64,000 nucleotides of DNA. Origin: the human T2T-CHM13v2.0 reference genome, Homo sapiens. Every line of letters starts with the position of its first letter. The stretch's first letter is position 1. The position numbers were made by a program, and so were the translations under genes. This document shows, piece by piece, positions 14,396 to 29,300 of the stretch. The notes beneath the pieces are model-generated. The model had not been told where the DNA came from, ran no database searches, and saw nothing but the letters and a program-made list of their open reading frames with translations. The stretch lies in NCBI RefSeq assembly GCF_009914755.1, contig NC_060925.1, one strand, 5' to 3'.

Positions 14396-15714
14396 ATAGG
14401 GTTAGGTTTCTGTGAGCTTCTGCTTACAACATTTTCATCAAATGATCAATCCATAAGCTTGTTTCATGTATGTTTTTGTTTAAAGACATCTTCTTTAATA
14501 TACATTTTTGATTAATTAGCATTGAACTCTCAGCCAATAGCCCTGTAGCTCATGCCTGAACCAAGCTTACGTAACGTGTATTTTCTCCGTGAGGCACATT
14601 GCAGCTTTCTTGCACTTAGGAACACTAGACAGCACTCAGTACTATGTTTGGGGCCATTTTAGCAGCACCATCATCAACAGAAGGTGCAAAAATGCAAAAA
14701 TCATGGCACTAAATAGACCACAAAAGGGGCCCTTGTGTACAGCATGAGAGCTGAAACAAGGAGACTTCGTGTTACCTGTCTGAATTCAACTGAGAAAGAG
14801 TGTGTTGGGCGACTAATTTTTTCACACCCTGCATAGGTCCACAGATGAGCTGTGAGTGTTGGTCTTGGGGTTACAAATCAACGTTAGTGACTAGACTAGT
14901 TCACAAGTACGGAATCTGCAATTAATGAGGATGGACTGTACCATGACCCTAAGGAAGCAGAAAAATAGTGGTTGGCTTCATGCAGGATGTGGAGAATAGT
15001 GCCATAGCAGAAATTTCTTGCATGCGTGTGTCGCAGGGAGGTCCCAGGTAGTGGCTTGTGTCTGTGTGTGTTTTACTTTTGGTCCCGTGTCCTCAGATGG
15101 ACTCTCAGCTCCAGCTGGACAAGCCTCTCATTTCCATCAGCCATGTCTGGCACAGTGTTTCACCCAGAGTGGCACTTGCAAATCTTTGTTACTGGGGCTG
15201 CTGAGGAGATCAGTGCTGATTTAGAGCAGAAGGAGCTGAGGGAGAGAATGAAATGTGACAAGAGATGTGCATAGGTCCTAAGAGATACTTCAAGTGAAGA
15301 CACAGAGATTTAGGTTAATTCAGAAAATCAATGAAGAGGCAGTGGAAGAAAGTGAAGGAGGAGACTGACGTGGCTGCAGCCACAATACAGATGATTTTAG
15401 AGGAGGCTGACTGTGCTTTGGCATGGGACTGGTGAGAAGCTTGTTTTCCTTTTCCCAGGAAGGACTTTCCTTCCTGAGAGCACGAGGACTTTGCTGCCGT
15501 GTGATTGACTGCTGTTCTTCGTGACGGTGCCCCTGAGCCTAGGCAGGGCTATGTGTCCACTGTTCAGAAGAGCAAAGTGGGAGGGGGCTTAAGCCACCTT
15601 CCCAAGGGAACAGGATCAGCGATGGCGCCAGGGTTCCCACTGTTGCTAACCTGACCGCCTTAGGAGGGGCTTCTGCTGAATGCAGTGATTACCCAGGAGA
15701 GGAGAGGAGACACC

Positions 15715-15744
15715 TTATTTATTTATTTATTTATTTATTTATTT
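15715..15744. repeat. (TTTA)n tetranucleotide microsatellite
   Basis: About 7 units visible. Confidence 0.9.
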
Positions 15745-17295
15745 GTTTTTTATGAGAAGTTAGGAAAGTGAAAGAAGTCGAGAGAACCTGTAAAAGGAGA
15801 GGTGTTGTTTTTGTTGCTTGGTCATGACAGCTTGATTCAGTTCAATAGACATTTGTTGAGCTTCTGCGTGTCCTTCCTGCCACAAAGGATGGAATCATGG
15901 GCTGGACAGAGAAGAATTCTGGGCATGGAGGTCAGTGACAGCTGCCCGTAAGTAGGAGAGTGTAAATCCATGAGTCAGGGAAGCACATCAAGGACTGGAA
16001 GCGAGGGCTCAGAGTGGTTGCTGAAAGCCATATGCTTTTGTGTAGTACGAGGCTTGAGCCTGAAATCTGTTGCCTAGAGATGATTCTGTTCTGTTAGGCT
16101 GCCAGCTCGGTGCTTTTGCCCTGTGGCTCAACATCCTAGAACCGTAAATGCTGTGGAGGTCAGAGAGTTGGAGATACAGTGAGCTATAACACATGGCATT
16201 CAAGCAGGGGAAAAAGTCAGATGGACATGTAACTATGTAATTATAGTGTGTCTCCAGTGTTGTGTGATTACAAAGGAGGGAGAAATTGCTTCCTGTTGGA
16301 AAGATGCCCGAGGCTTCATGAAGGAGGAGATGATTGATGTGCTGATTGGCCGCCAAACTGCCCCTGCCCTTACCTTTCCATCTCTGTAATTTCCACCCAG
16401 TTACTTAAGCCAAAAATCTGGAGGAGTTATCACCAATTCTCTCCTTTTCTTAATCTTCCCCACATCCAATCTATCACCAAATTGCTTAGCTTCTGTCTTA
16501 AAAAGAGAGCTCAACGCTCTCAATTTTACTCTTTATTCATTGCCACCACTGGAGCCCTGGGCACATCACCTGTGGCTGAGACTACTGAAAAAGCCTCACC
16601 TAAGGGTGGTTTAAAATTCTACTCATTTTCCTCTTTTATCAGCAGTTTTTGCAGCAGCCAGAGTAATCTTTCAAAAAATAATCTAAGATCCTGCCACTCC
16701 CCTGCTTAAAAACCTTTGTAGATTTCTGTATTAGTCGGGATCCAGCTGTGAAACAACTTTGGGTATTTCAAGCAGGGAATATTAATACAAAGATTTGGTT
16801 GCATAGGTACAAATAGAGATGGAAGGCAACCCAGGGCAGGCAGCCGTTACCATGTTTACACTGGAGGCACCCAAGCCCTGGAACCTGGAACCTACTCAAC
16901 CATGGTGAGTCCTGCCTGGGGGTAGCTGGGAATTCAGTGGGAGGGGCTGTCTGGGGGGGAAGCTCCGTGGCAAAGGAGACACCACCATGGCCAACTAATG
17001 CCAGCTAGAGCCAAGAGGGAGAGGGGAAATACTCGGGCTCCTCTTTTCTTTCTTTCTTCTAGTCTCCCCCTGGGGCCTCCCAGTGGTCAAACCTTGCTAG
17101 AGCCAGTTCTCTAGGGAGTCTGGGGAATGCTGAAGGGTGGAAACAGATGTGACAGGAGTGTGGTGCAGTAAATTTCAGGCACTGGCTGAACTATTTATGC
17201 AGACTGGGTTTGGCTCGTAGGTGGAATAGAAGGCTGTTGGATTTGTCTGTCAGAAAGTACCATAGCACAGGAATCTGGTCTGCCACTCCAGATCT

Positions 17296-17337
17296 TCTCT
17301 CTGTCTCTGTCTCTCTCTCTGTCTTTCTCTCTCTCTG

Positions 17338-17394
<57 letters not shown>
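17296..17394. repeat. Compound (CT)n-(TG)18 microsatellite
   Basis: Imperfect CT tract followed by a pure TG run at 17358-17394. Confidence 0.95.
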
Positions 17395-17396
<2 letters not shown>

Positions 17397-18589
17397 AGTG
17401 GAAGGACAGACCTCTTTTGGGCCAGGGATTGGTGAATGAGGAAGAGCCTCTCTTGGCCTCCTGTTGAGCCTGGGAGGATAAGCACAGAATATTCTTAAGA
17501 GAGGTCTGTGGTAGATCAGCACAGAAAGGGTAAGGAATAGGGAGTTTGGTACCTCCAGAATACAATCCCAGTGTCTTTTAATCTGGCATTAAAGCCTTTT
17601 AGGTTCTCATCCAATCTTACCTTCCATGTTTCTCTAACTGGAATATTTTTCCTGACGCTCAACTCAAGACTTACTAATTTCACCCTCCATGCCTTTGCAT
17701 GTAAGATTCCTTTCATTCAATTCCTATCATTCTTCAAGAATGGTTCAAACCTCACCTCTTCCAGGAAGCCTTCCTGGTTTCCTCCAGCACTCAGGGATCT
17801 TGCTTTCCTTCTCAGAGCTCCTAAAAGGGTTAAGGTTGCTTTTACTACTTGGTAAGATCATAGTTTTGCCAAAGAAGGATAGTTTACCTCTCCAAAAATA
17901 TTTCAGGCTCTTCCATGGCCAGGACAGGGAGTCATTAAGTCTTTGTATTCACCAGAGATGTCATCACTGTGTGCAGGAACACAGCGGATGCCTGACCAAC
18001 ATCTGTGGAAGGGAAATGTATTCAGTCCTAAAGATCAAGTAGTCAGTGTTCAATAAAACAAAGGAGAAGAAGCTGAGCAGGTAGAAATGTGTGATCAGTG
18101 ATCTCAGAACCCCAAAAGGGTGCTTTAGAAATAAGACAGAGCAATACAGTCATTGGAACCAAATGTGAGACTGTGACTCATGAAGAGAAGGGAGGCTGCC
18201 CCTAATTAACAGGAAGCTGGAAAAAAAGACAGTGGCAAGAGAGAGGCTGAGATGGGAAGCAGGCTGAGGAAGCTTAGCATGGAGGTATTGTGTGATATTG
18301 GCAATTTTGAAATGTTATGTTTAGCAATGAGTAATACATAACTGATCTAGTGGAAAATGTAGGGCTGGTTCTTCAGGGAGGTAAGAATGAGATCTGTGAA
18401 ATGATAAGGAGTTAATTGCAGATATCTGTGTTGGAAGTTATAATGTCAGTTTGCCAATGCAGGCATTGCCATGAGTGTGAATGGATTTTCTTTGTGGAGT
18501 GCTGGAGGCATAAACAGCTGCAGGTGTTGTTTACATGTTCCACATGCTTTCATGCTGAAATGTGTTTATCAGCTAAATGCATGCTGTGG

Positions 18590-18805
18590 GGGAAGGCTGC
18601 CGGGGTTCAAATCCTGGCTCTACCAATTACCAGTTATGGGATTTTAGGAAAGTTGATAAACCTGTGCCTCAGTTTTCCTCATCTGTAAGATGGGGTTAAT
18701 AATAATACCTTCCTTACAGCATTATCATAGGATTAAACAAGATGTAAAGGATTCAAGAATGTCTAGCTTATTGTAAAAGCTGACAGGACATTAGTTATTA
18801 TTACC
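18590..18805 (+). mobile_element. MIR SINE
   Basis: gggttcaaatcctggctctacc...ctgtgcctcagttttcctcatctgtaagatgggg. Confidence 0.85.
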
Positions 18806-18863
18806 ATTAGTTGTCTTTTATGTCGTCTTCAAGGCTTTGAGGATGGAACTGTTGGAGGGGTAG

Positions 18864-19171
<308 letters not shown>

Positions 19172-19185
19172 AAGAAGGACTGGTG

Positions 19186-19339
19186 ATCTTTTCTGATGGG
19201 GGCAGTGAGTACTCATCTGGACTCAAGACCTTAAAAACCATTACATTTCAAGTACTTGGAAAAAATGTTTGTAACTTTCAACAAGCAGGTACCAAGAACC
19301 TTTTCCTGGGTTTGTGCTTTTGAAGAGCAGCTCGGGTTA
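19186..19339 (+). repeat. 154-bp local duplication, copy 1 (copy 2 at 20942-21095)
   Basis: Ungapped hand alignment, 9 mismatches in 154. Confidence 0.95.
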
Positions 19340-20941
19340 TGTTGTGTGACTGTCAGCCACTGTGGGACTGAGTGGGACTGAGTGCCTGAACCTGGGGATA
19401 GGAAGAAAAGTAGGGATTGGCTCCTAGTCTCTAGACAGGGCCTGTAAGGTACCCTGCAAGAGTGTGATGTGGTGACTTCAGTTGGCCAAAGGTGGCTTCT
19501 CAGGGGACGGTTGGTTGCTGACTCAGTCCAGGTGTGTGTGGAAGGTGCTTGATACAAGAATGGGAAGAGTGGTGGGGGAGTTTACTTTATCTCCAGCCAG
19601 ACCTGGGTTCAAATCAGAGTTTGCCTTCTCACCACTTATGTGACTTTTGGAAACCACTTAACTTCTCTGAGCCTTGTAAAATGGGAGGTTTAAATAAGAT
19701 AGCATATTTAAAGTGTCTGGCACATAGTAAGACTGATAAATGTGAATTCCCTTTTCTCAGTTTCTTCATCTGTAAAATGTGGATAATACAGAACATTTTG
19801 TGAGGCTTTTGTAACAATTTCAGATAATTTACTCATTCACTAAAATATTTTTAGTGTTGACTACATGCCAAAAATCCTTAAGGGTTTGGGGTATCTCATC
19901 AAATAAAACAGACATAGATACCGGCCCTTTTCTAGTTTAGATTTTAGCAGGGAAAGATAGACAATACACTATCATAAACAAATACAGCTTCTAATGCGTT
20001 GAAAGATGATAAGTGCTATGGGGGAAAAGGGGAAAATAGGATAAGGGGGATTGGGAGTGCTGAGGGTGGGGCAGTGTGCAGGATTCTACAGGATGGCTAA
20101 GACAGGCCATCATTGTTAAGGTGATATTTGAGCAAATATGTGAAGAAGATGACGGACTTAGCCAGAATGATATTTAGGGGAAGAGCATTCCAGACAGAAG
20201 AAACAGTCAGTGCAAATGCTGTGGGAGTGAGCCTGGCATGTTCCGAGAACAACATGGAGGCCAGTGTGGCTGGAGCAGAGGAAAGAGAGACTAGAAGGAG
20301 GTAGAGTCTGGGAAGTAACAGGAAGCCAGATGGTGCAGGGCCTTGCTGACCACTGGGAGGTCAGCTGTGGCTGTTACTCTAAGTGAAGGGAGGGTACATT
20401 GCAGGATGCTATGCAGAGAGGAATGATGTGCTCTGCCTATTTAAGAGGCTCACGCTGCACATTGGTTACTGTGTTCAGAATAGACTGTAGAGGGGTAAGG
20501 GTGGAAATAGGGAGACCAGTTAGAAGGTTGTTGCTGTGTCCAGATGAGAGATGATGGTGGCTTGTACCAGGATGGTAGCAGTGGATGGTGAGAAGTGACT
20601 CGATCTTTTTATATATCTTGTAGGTAGATTTAATAGCATTCACTGATGATTGGATATGGGGAATGAGAAGTATAGGAGTCAAGGACAGCTTGAGCAACCA
20701 GAAGGACAGAGCTGCCGTCAATTCAGAAGGAGATTGTGAAGCAGGCTTGGGTGGGAAAAGTTAGGAGTTCACACTTGGGCATGTTGAATTTGAGTTGTAT
20801 GTTATATATCCAAGTAGAGAAGTCATGGAGGCACCTGGTTATATGAGTCAGAAATTTGGGAGAAAGGTCTGAGCTGAGTTATAAATTTTGGAGTTGACAA
20901 CATATATGGTAATTCAAATCACATGACTGGATGAGGTCACC

Positions 20942-21095
20942 ATCTTTTCTGATGGGGGCAGTGAGTACTCATTTGGACTCAAGACTTTAAAAACCATTAC
21001 ATTTCAAGTATTTGGAAAAAATATTTGGAACTTTCAACAAGCAGGTACCAAGAACCTCCTCCTGGGTTTGTGCGTTTGAAGAGCAGCTGGGGTTA
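20942..21095 (+). repeat. 154-bp local duplication, copy 2, inserted within L2
   Basis: Matches 19186-19339; L2-like sequence resumes on both sides. Confidence 0.95.
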
Positions 21096-21282
21096 AGAGC
21101 GGCATGAGGGCCTCCAGCTTAAAGAATCGAGGCAGAAGAAGAAAAGCCAGCAAAGGAAGTTGAGAAGTGATCCATGAGGTCGAAGGAAAACCAGGAGAGT
21201 GTGATGTCGTGGAAGCCAGATGAAGAAAGTGTTTCAAGGGGGCAAGAGTGATCAATTATGTCAAATAATGTGATGAGTCAAG

Positions 21283-21790
21283 TGTATTTGCTATCTATCA
21301 TTGTGTAACAAATCACTCAAAAACTTAGCAGCTTAAAACAACAAAAATGTATTATCTCACAAAGTTTCCAAGACTTAGGAATCTAGGAGTTGCTAAGGTG
21401 GCTAGTCCTGACTCATGATCTCTTGCGGGTTGAAATTAAGTTGTTAGCTGTGGCCGCAGTCATCTCTAGGGTCAACTGGGGCTGGAGAATCCCATTCCAA
21501 ACTCACTCTTGCAGTTCTTGGCACCCTATTTCCTGGCCATGTAGGCCATCTGAGTGGCCTCATGACATAGCATCTGGCTTCCCCCACAGCAAGTGGCCCA
21601 AGAGGGAGACAGACTGCAGGAGAGCACCCCAGACGGAAGCCACAGTCTTTTGTACCTAACTGTGGTAGTGTCATGCCATCACCTCTGAATGTTCTTGGTT
21701 ACACAGACCAACCCTGGTACAGTGTGGGAGGGGACCGCACAAAGGTGAACATCCCAGGAGGTGGGGTCATCTTGGAAGCTGGCTACCACA
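21283..21790 (-). mobile_element. MaLR solo LTR (MLT1F-like)
   Basis: TG...CA ends, 5-bp TSD tcaag at 21278-21282 and 21791-21795; gtaacaaatcactcaaaacttagcagcttaaaacaac. Confidence 0.85.
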
Positions 21791-22649
21791 TCAAGCATGA
21801 CAAGAACAATTGGTCATTGGGTTTAGCAATGTGGAGGGCATTGATAACCTTAACAAAAGCGTGGGGAGAAAAGTTTGATCAAAGTTGGTGTAAGAAGGGA
21901 TGGGAGGAGGAGAACTGAGACAGTGAATAGAAATGACTCTTTTGAAGAGTTTGTCACAAAGGAGAACAAAGAAATCAGGAAATAGCTGATGAAGGAAGTG
22001 GTTTTTCTAAGATGAGAGAAACAACAGTATGTTTGCACATTGATAGGAGTAATCCAACGAGTGAAAAATTGATGACGCAGAAGAGAAAGGTAATTGCTGG
22101 AGCCTGGTCCTGAGTAGAACAATGTGGAATAACATAGAAACAGAGATTCCCTCAACCCAGAATAAATAGTTTACGCTAAAACAGATAAAATTACCCACTA
22201 CATTCTTATAGAGACAAGAGGTATCAGATCTCAAGAGTTTAAGGAAAATAAATCACAGGAGAGAAATCTTAAAATTGGGAAAATTATTTCCATTAACTAC
22301 TTCTTCTTCTGGGACTTGGGTAAAGACTGGAGCTACTTTATTTTAAGAGTAGAACACATCTGTCCAGCCTGCAGAAGATGCCTGGTTTGAACACCTCTGC
22401 AGCGAACCTGGCCAATGGAACAGCTGGGACTCCCTTGCAAGCTGCAGACCTGCTTTGTAGGGTAGTTCCAAGCCCTGAAGATAGGTGGGTTTTCTGCCAC
22501 CAGATGAGGGAATTCTAGAGGCAACCAAACAGACCTTCACAGTAAAAAAGGGCAGAGGTCTACAGGAGCTCTCAGAATGTCTCTGGGAGGGTCAAGAGCA
22601 TCAGTCCTCACTGATGCCTCCCATGCTCCCAGCAGGCCTCACATTATAG

Positions 22650-23300
<651 letters not shown>

Positions 23301-26300
23301 TGAGAGATCCTGGACACTCTCCTAGCAACTGTGCCAGAGCTGGTGGCCATCGCCTTTTTGCAGAGACAGATGCTCCTGTAACAGGAACAAATCAATTAGC
23401 CAGCCTGCTGCTAATGTGCAAATGTCACCTTATTAAGCTAGTGTCTGCCTGGGGAAGCCGCCTCTTTCTCCTGTCCCCACTCTGAAGCTCAGCCCTCTGC
23501 TGTTGCTTCAACCTCTGTCTCTTCTGAGGTCAATTGTAAAATGAAACTGCTGCCATCTGAACATCTATGAAAGCCACAGGCTCTACCCAGATGCCTTGGC
23601 TGAGAGGAGGGGCAGTTTAATTTCCCTTCCTTCTCTGAAGAGTCTTGACGTGCAAGGACCAGCTCTCCCTTTATCACCATTTCCAGAAAAACACAAACAA
23701 GGCAAAACAAAATAAAAACAAAACTTTGCACCTATTTTTGGTGCCAAAACCTTAAATTAGATTAAGATCACATCAATTTCTTCCATAAGCTTTGTAGCTT
23801 AGGAAGTGCATGCTCACACTTTATTTTATTTAACCCTCATAATAAATCTATTGGAGGAAAGGACAATTATCTCCATATTACAGATGAGAAAACTGAGGCC
23901 CAGAGAGGTTGGCTGACTTGCTCAAGGATATTAAGCCAGTAAATTGCAAAGCCAGGGCTGGAAGAAGGGCAAGAAGGGCCAGAAAAGCTGATTCAAAGCG
24001 CAGGAACTCTGGAGGCACCTCCTGGCAGCTGGAGCAGGGTGTGCGGAGTGCCCTCCCTCCATGAGCTAAAGGAGGACTGGCTTCCATGAAGCACCAGCAT
24101 TGCTCTGTCACCCCCACCCAACCTGGTCACCTTTCACTATGACCACTTTCCATCCTGTCTCACTTTCAGAAACGAGGTCTGAGCAGTGCAGCTGGACCTA
24201 CTATAGTCATAGTTTCCACTGGCTTTGACTTCATCAAGCGAAAACCAACACCCCTTTGAAATCTGTAGCCCCATCCCTAAAAATCAGCCTTTCAGCTTGA
24301 ATCAAAAGGCAAAAGGCAATGGAGATCCAACTGGAAACAGAGCTCCCTTCCTCCCTTCCAGGCAATGCTGCTGTGTAGAAGGTCACTTCAGAAATTCTGT
24401 CTACACTATGAGGACATAAATATTAGGGAGAATCTCCTCTGCCTCACATGAACCTGGGTCCTTCAGTGAGTCCCCCCACCACATCCCCTCAATCCTTTGA
24501 TTCTTCCCAGTATTGTGACCTTTCCGTCCTTCCTCTGAAGTTGTAGGAGTTGATTCTTCCCAAAATAACCTGAGTAATGGCTTGCAGGAAAGTTACAATT
24601 AGCTTTTCACAGGGAAGAAAGTTTAGAGAGTTTTTTTTTTTTTAAAGGAAAAGAGGTAGAAGGAAAAAAAAAAAGCAAATGAAAAATCTTGTGGTCTTCT
24701 AAGTCAATTTAGAAAACACTGAGTTATTTCCGTAGAGCTATTCTGACAGGAGATACATTGATTTTTGGCCTCTCTTCATTGTTTTTATTGCTGATTACAT
24801 CCTCTTTTTCTAGATTGTCCCAGGTGGCCACAGGTGAATGAATTGTGTTTACTTACAGACCACTGATTTCTGTGTTGACACACATTGATTTCAGCTCAGA
24901 GTAAGAAAGATCATCCTAATAGAGCTATCTAAAGTTGGAATAGTTGCTTGGGTGGTGGGGGAAAGAGGGTGGTAATGAAATAGTGAAATCCCTGTCAACG
25001 GAGGTGTTCAAAGACTGAATGACTGTGGAGGGAATGTGATCGAGCTGACTCCAGCAGGACTGGGAAGATAGCTCGGGGGATCTTTAATGTTCTCACCTCA
25101 TGTTCAGCATTAACACCTGAGATGACTGTTTAATATTATGTAGATACTACGTGCCAGTGAGGACAGTGTTTCCCAAAGTGTGACTTGTTAGATGTTTCCC
25201 ACAGGGTGGTATGCTTGATGATTTTCTTTGGTAAGGAATTTACTGTTAAAATAGTAAAAATACAATTAGTACAACAAATCACAATTTCATGGATATCATT
25301 GCCTGGGATGAAGCTAACAAAACCCATGCCATAGTAATGGACATTTAAACTGTAAAAATTACAGGTGAGGCCCTAAGTGGTAACCTTGAACATTTAAGAC
25401 CTTCATTGCTAAATTTTAGCCTTAAATGTTTTGAAGGATGAATAGTACAGGTGACCCAGATAAATAATAGGGAATCTGATCTACTGTAGTTCTATGCTAT
25501 ATCTCAGTGTTCCCCCCCACCAGGGGTACATCGTGAAGCAGATTTGAATTTGCTTCACAAAACTCAGGTTATAAAAATCTAGCATTCATTATTTCCAGGA
25601 TCTTGCTAGATTTCTGAGTTTCCAGCCACTTTAGTGGAAAACAACTTGATCTTTTTAAATTTATGTTTTACCTTATTTCTAGCCAGAGGTTTTCTAGTTA
25701 ACTGATGATTTATCATTCTTTTGATTATATATATCATTCCTTTGATGTATATACAGTCAGCTGCCTGCTACCCCTCCTTTCCTGAAGTTTATGTGGCCTG
25801 ACGTTGGGGTGGGGCATCTGGGCTGCAGACCCTCTGGGGAGGCTGCAGACTGGCCGTGGCTGCAGGGAAGAGGGCCCTCCTTGTCTGTGGGCATTGACAC
25901 CTCTCCCCCACCACATCAGCTGCTGAAGCATCCCCATGCCCTACCAAGCCTCTTGTCTCCTGATACATGAACCCTGTCTCCTCCTTGCCCAAGCCTCGAG
26001 ACCCCTTTAGGACCATTGGCAAGGTCCCCGTGCCCCTCTTTGGCTCAAGGTCGTGTGCTGAAGACAGGAAATCTTCAGAGAGCCTCCTGCACCACTCAGG
26101 AGACACAGGAGCTTTAGGGATAGGGAGTGGCCATCACGGGCTCTCTCTCTCTGCCTCTCCCCAGTCCTGATGGCCTGTGTTTTCCCTTGGGGTACATTGA
26201 GCTCCTATTGATCAGGCACTTTGCAAAGCTGTCTCTGTCCAGGGTTTGAGAGGGTCACGCTTTGCTGTATTATGGCTGCAATGGCTTCCAACTGGTCTCC

Positions 26301-29300
26301 CTGCCTCTTCCCCTGCTCTCCCACGGTCTGTCCTCACCAGCAGCTACACAGGAGTGTCATGCCTGCTTAAAACCCTCCAAAGGCTTCCCACTTACCTCAG
26401 AGCAAAAGGCAAAGGCCCTCTGTGATCTGCCCCCCAACATTACATCGCCGATATCATCTGCTGCTACTCCTGTTCTAGCCACACTGGCCTCCTTGCTGCT
26501 CCTAGCAAGGAACATTCTAGGCATGCTCCCTCATTAGGCCTTTGTGCAGCTTTTTCTGTCTTCCCTATATCAGAATTGCCACTTCCTCACTTATTTCGAA
26601 TATGCTGAAATGTCACCTTCTTGGTGAGGCCTACTCTGACCACACTGTTTCAGTTGCAGTCCACCCTAACTCCCATCCTTCCTGCCTTGCTGACCCTGAC
26701 ATGATGCACAGTTCTTAGCTTAAACACCCTGTCCTCCAGGCAGCCTCCCCAACTCCCCAAGACCCTCTATAGCCTCCCAGAGAACCTTATTTGTTTTTTC
26801 CACTTGAGCACAAATCAAGGTTCATGTTAGAATCTGTTTATTTTTCTGTTTTAAGCTCTGGTGGCTGGCACAATGTTGGGCAAGTAATAGGTGCTTATTG
26901 TCAATGTATTGAATAAGTAAATGGTTGAATGAATGAGTGAATGACTCAGTTCACTTTAAAAAAAGCTTGAAGATTGTTGAGGAGATTGGCTAGTAAGGCT
27001 TGTAAAACCTCCAGTATGGTGCTTGGCTCAAAAAAAGGAAGTTTATATTTATAATTCCTATGATAAAGGAGGGCTTCTTGTCACAGAGCTTCTGTATTGT
27101 CTGTGATTCAACTAGTTTCAGTGAAAACTGCACGGATTTTTATGTAGGAAACATCAGGCTAAAATGCTTGAAAGATGTGTGGCAGGAGGAAGTGGCAGCC
27201 CTGCACTTTGAAGCATTGGATCTTTCTTATGCCTGCTAGCAGAGGCCCCTCTTCTTGACTCCTCTTGGAATTACTGCCTGGCTGTTAAGTGGCCCAGCTC
27301 CCTAGAATACCGACACCTTAAATACCGCCTATTTATGTCAGCGATTTTCATCTCCAATGAAGAGCCTGGCCCTGGGGCACTTGTGTTTGGTCTGAGAAGA
27401 AGTAGAAGAAATGTAGGATGGCCACTTTGGAGCTTGTGTGTGATGATTGATGGCCCAGACATTCTCTCACTCCCGTTTTGTATCATTACATATTTTCAAA
27501 GAAGGTGATCTGCTAACACAACTAAAGGTATACTAATTTTTATAACCAGATGAGATATTTCTTATATATAAATTTGCGAATCAGAAAAAATATTCTTTTC
27601 AGACCAGTTATCTTCCTTTTTGGATTGAAGAGTAGTGTTGCCATAATCATGGGGGATTTTGTAGAATATTATGGTGAAGACAGGAATTTGGCAACAGTTA
27701 GAGGGTGGTGTGAAGACCCTGGCAGCTGGGGGACAGAGGTATAAGTGGTGAGAGAGAGCCCAGGGGCCAGGGAAAGAGGTGGGAAGGGTCCCAAGACTCA
27801 TTTTTCCCATTCCTCCTAGTTTCCTCCCAGAGCAGAGCCATCACTTCATTCCCATCAGGCAATCACAAGATCACAAAGGATGATCCACCTCTTCTTTCCA
27901 TTACCTCTTGGGGCAGTCTGAGAGCTTGCTCTGTGATGATGCTGCTTGGAGAGGCCCAGGACTGCTGTGCCAAGCCAGAGCGTACTCCGTCCCCATGCAG
28001 TACTGTCCTTAGTTAGAAAGTGCTGCTGACAACAGCTCTGCTTCCTCTACATGGACCTGCATAAAGACAAGGAGCCAGGCCTGGGGGAGGGGTCAGGTGG
28101 AACCTGGCACAAACATGTATGAACTTATTACCCCCCTGCACACACATGTACATATGTACATGCCATCACTGAAACACACAGTCTTATACCCAAGGGACAG
28201 GACTATTTGAGGGCCCATCTACTTTCAAAGTACAACCTATACTATCCTTACTTCAACTTCCAGAGAGACATTAGGTAAGGAATCAGATTTTGAATTCTAG
28301 GTACAGTGTTACTAGCTATGTGACCTTGGGTAACTTTCTGTGCCCTGTTTTCTTATTTACTTAATGGGAAAGATAAAAGTACTTACCCAATAGGTTGGTT
28401 AATAAACATGAATTTCAGGTCTTGAGTTCAAGAAATGGAACTAATACCATTATTAGAGCCAGCATGGTGCAGTAGATGGTGGCATGGCATTTGGAGTCAG
28501 TCAGATCTGGATAAGAGGCTCTTCCGTTTAATGACTGTGTGATCCTAACCTCGGGAAAATTATTTAATCCTTTTAAGTCTCAGTTTCCTCATTTGTAAAA
28601 TTGAGTTCACAGTAATAGTTATTTCATAAGATTTTTTTCGAGAATTAAGTAAAAATGTAAAGGATTTGTTGCATAAAAGCCCCTTATAGTATCTAGTATA
28701 AAATTAAGAACCCAATAAATATTAACCATTATTTTTATTGATGATGGTGGTGGAGGTGGTGTCTAGTATGACCCCTCATCCTCATTCTACCCTACTGAAT
28801 TGCAGAAAGGCCTTTTACATATAACCCAATTGCACTGTTCACTTCCCCACCTCAAACTTACTGCTTGCCCAATTGAACTTAACTTTATTCAGTTTAGATT
28901 GGGTCATTTTTCCATTATTCTGAGGATTGTTAGAATACTGACCAAGAATTTTATGCAAAAGTGAAGTCTCAGTGTCCATTTATAGAGGATGAACTACAAC
29001 CAAAAAACATAGAGAGGGATAAGAAGACTCCCTCCTGCTGTGATCAGAACAATTAAATGGCTTTGTAGAATGTGGAGTATTTAAAATCTTATAATTTTGC
29101 AGGTGAATATGGGAACTCCCTCAACTAATGTGCTTTGGGGTGTAAGTAACAGAAAACCTGACTCAAATGGGCTTTGGCCAGTAGGAGCTGTATTGGCTCA
29201 TATTGCTGGTGGTCTAAGGTGGGGTGGCTTCCGGGTTGATTGAATCTGGGGCTCCCTCTCCATTTCCTGTGATTTTCTTGGCCCTGCTCTCCTCCATGTG

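Larger units (their letters stand above)
19830..22130 (-). mobile_element. L2 LINE fragment, interrupted by the duplication copy and an MLT1
   Basis: Purine-rich antisense L2 motifs: ggaggccagtgtggctggagcagag, gggagaccagttagaagg, ggaaaaccaggagagtgtgatgtcgtggaagcca. Confidence 0.8.
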
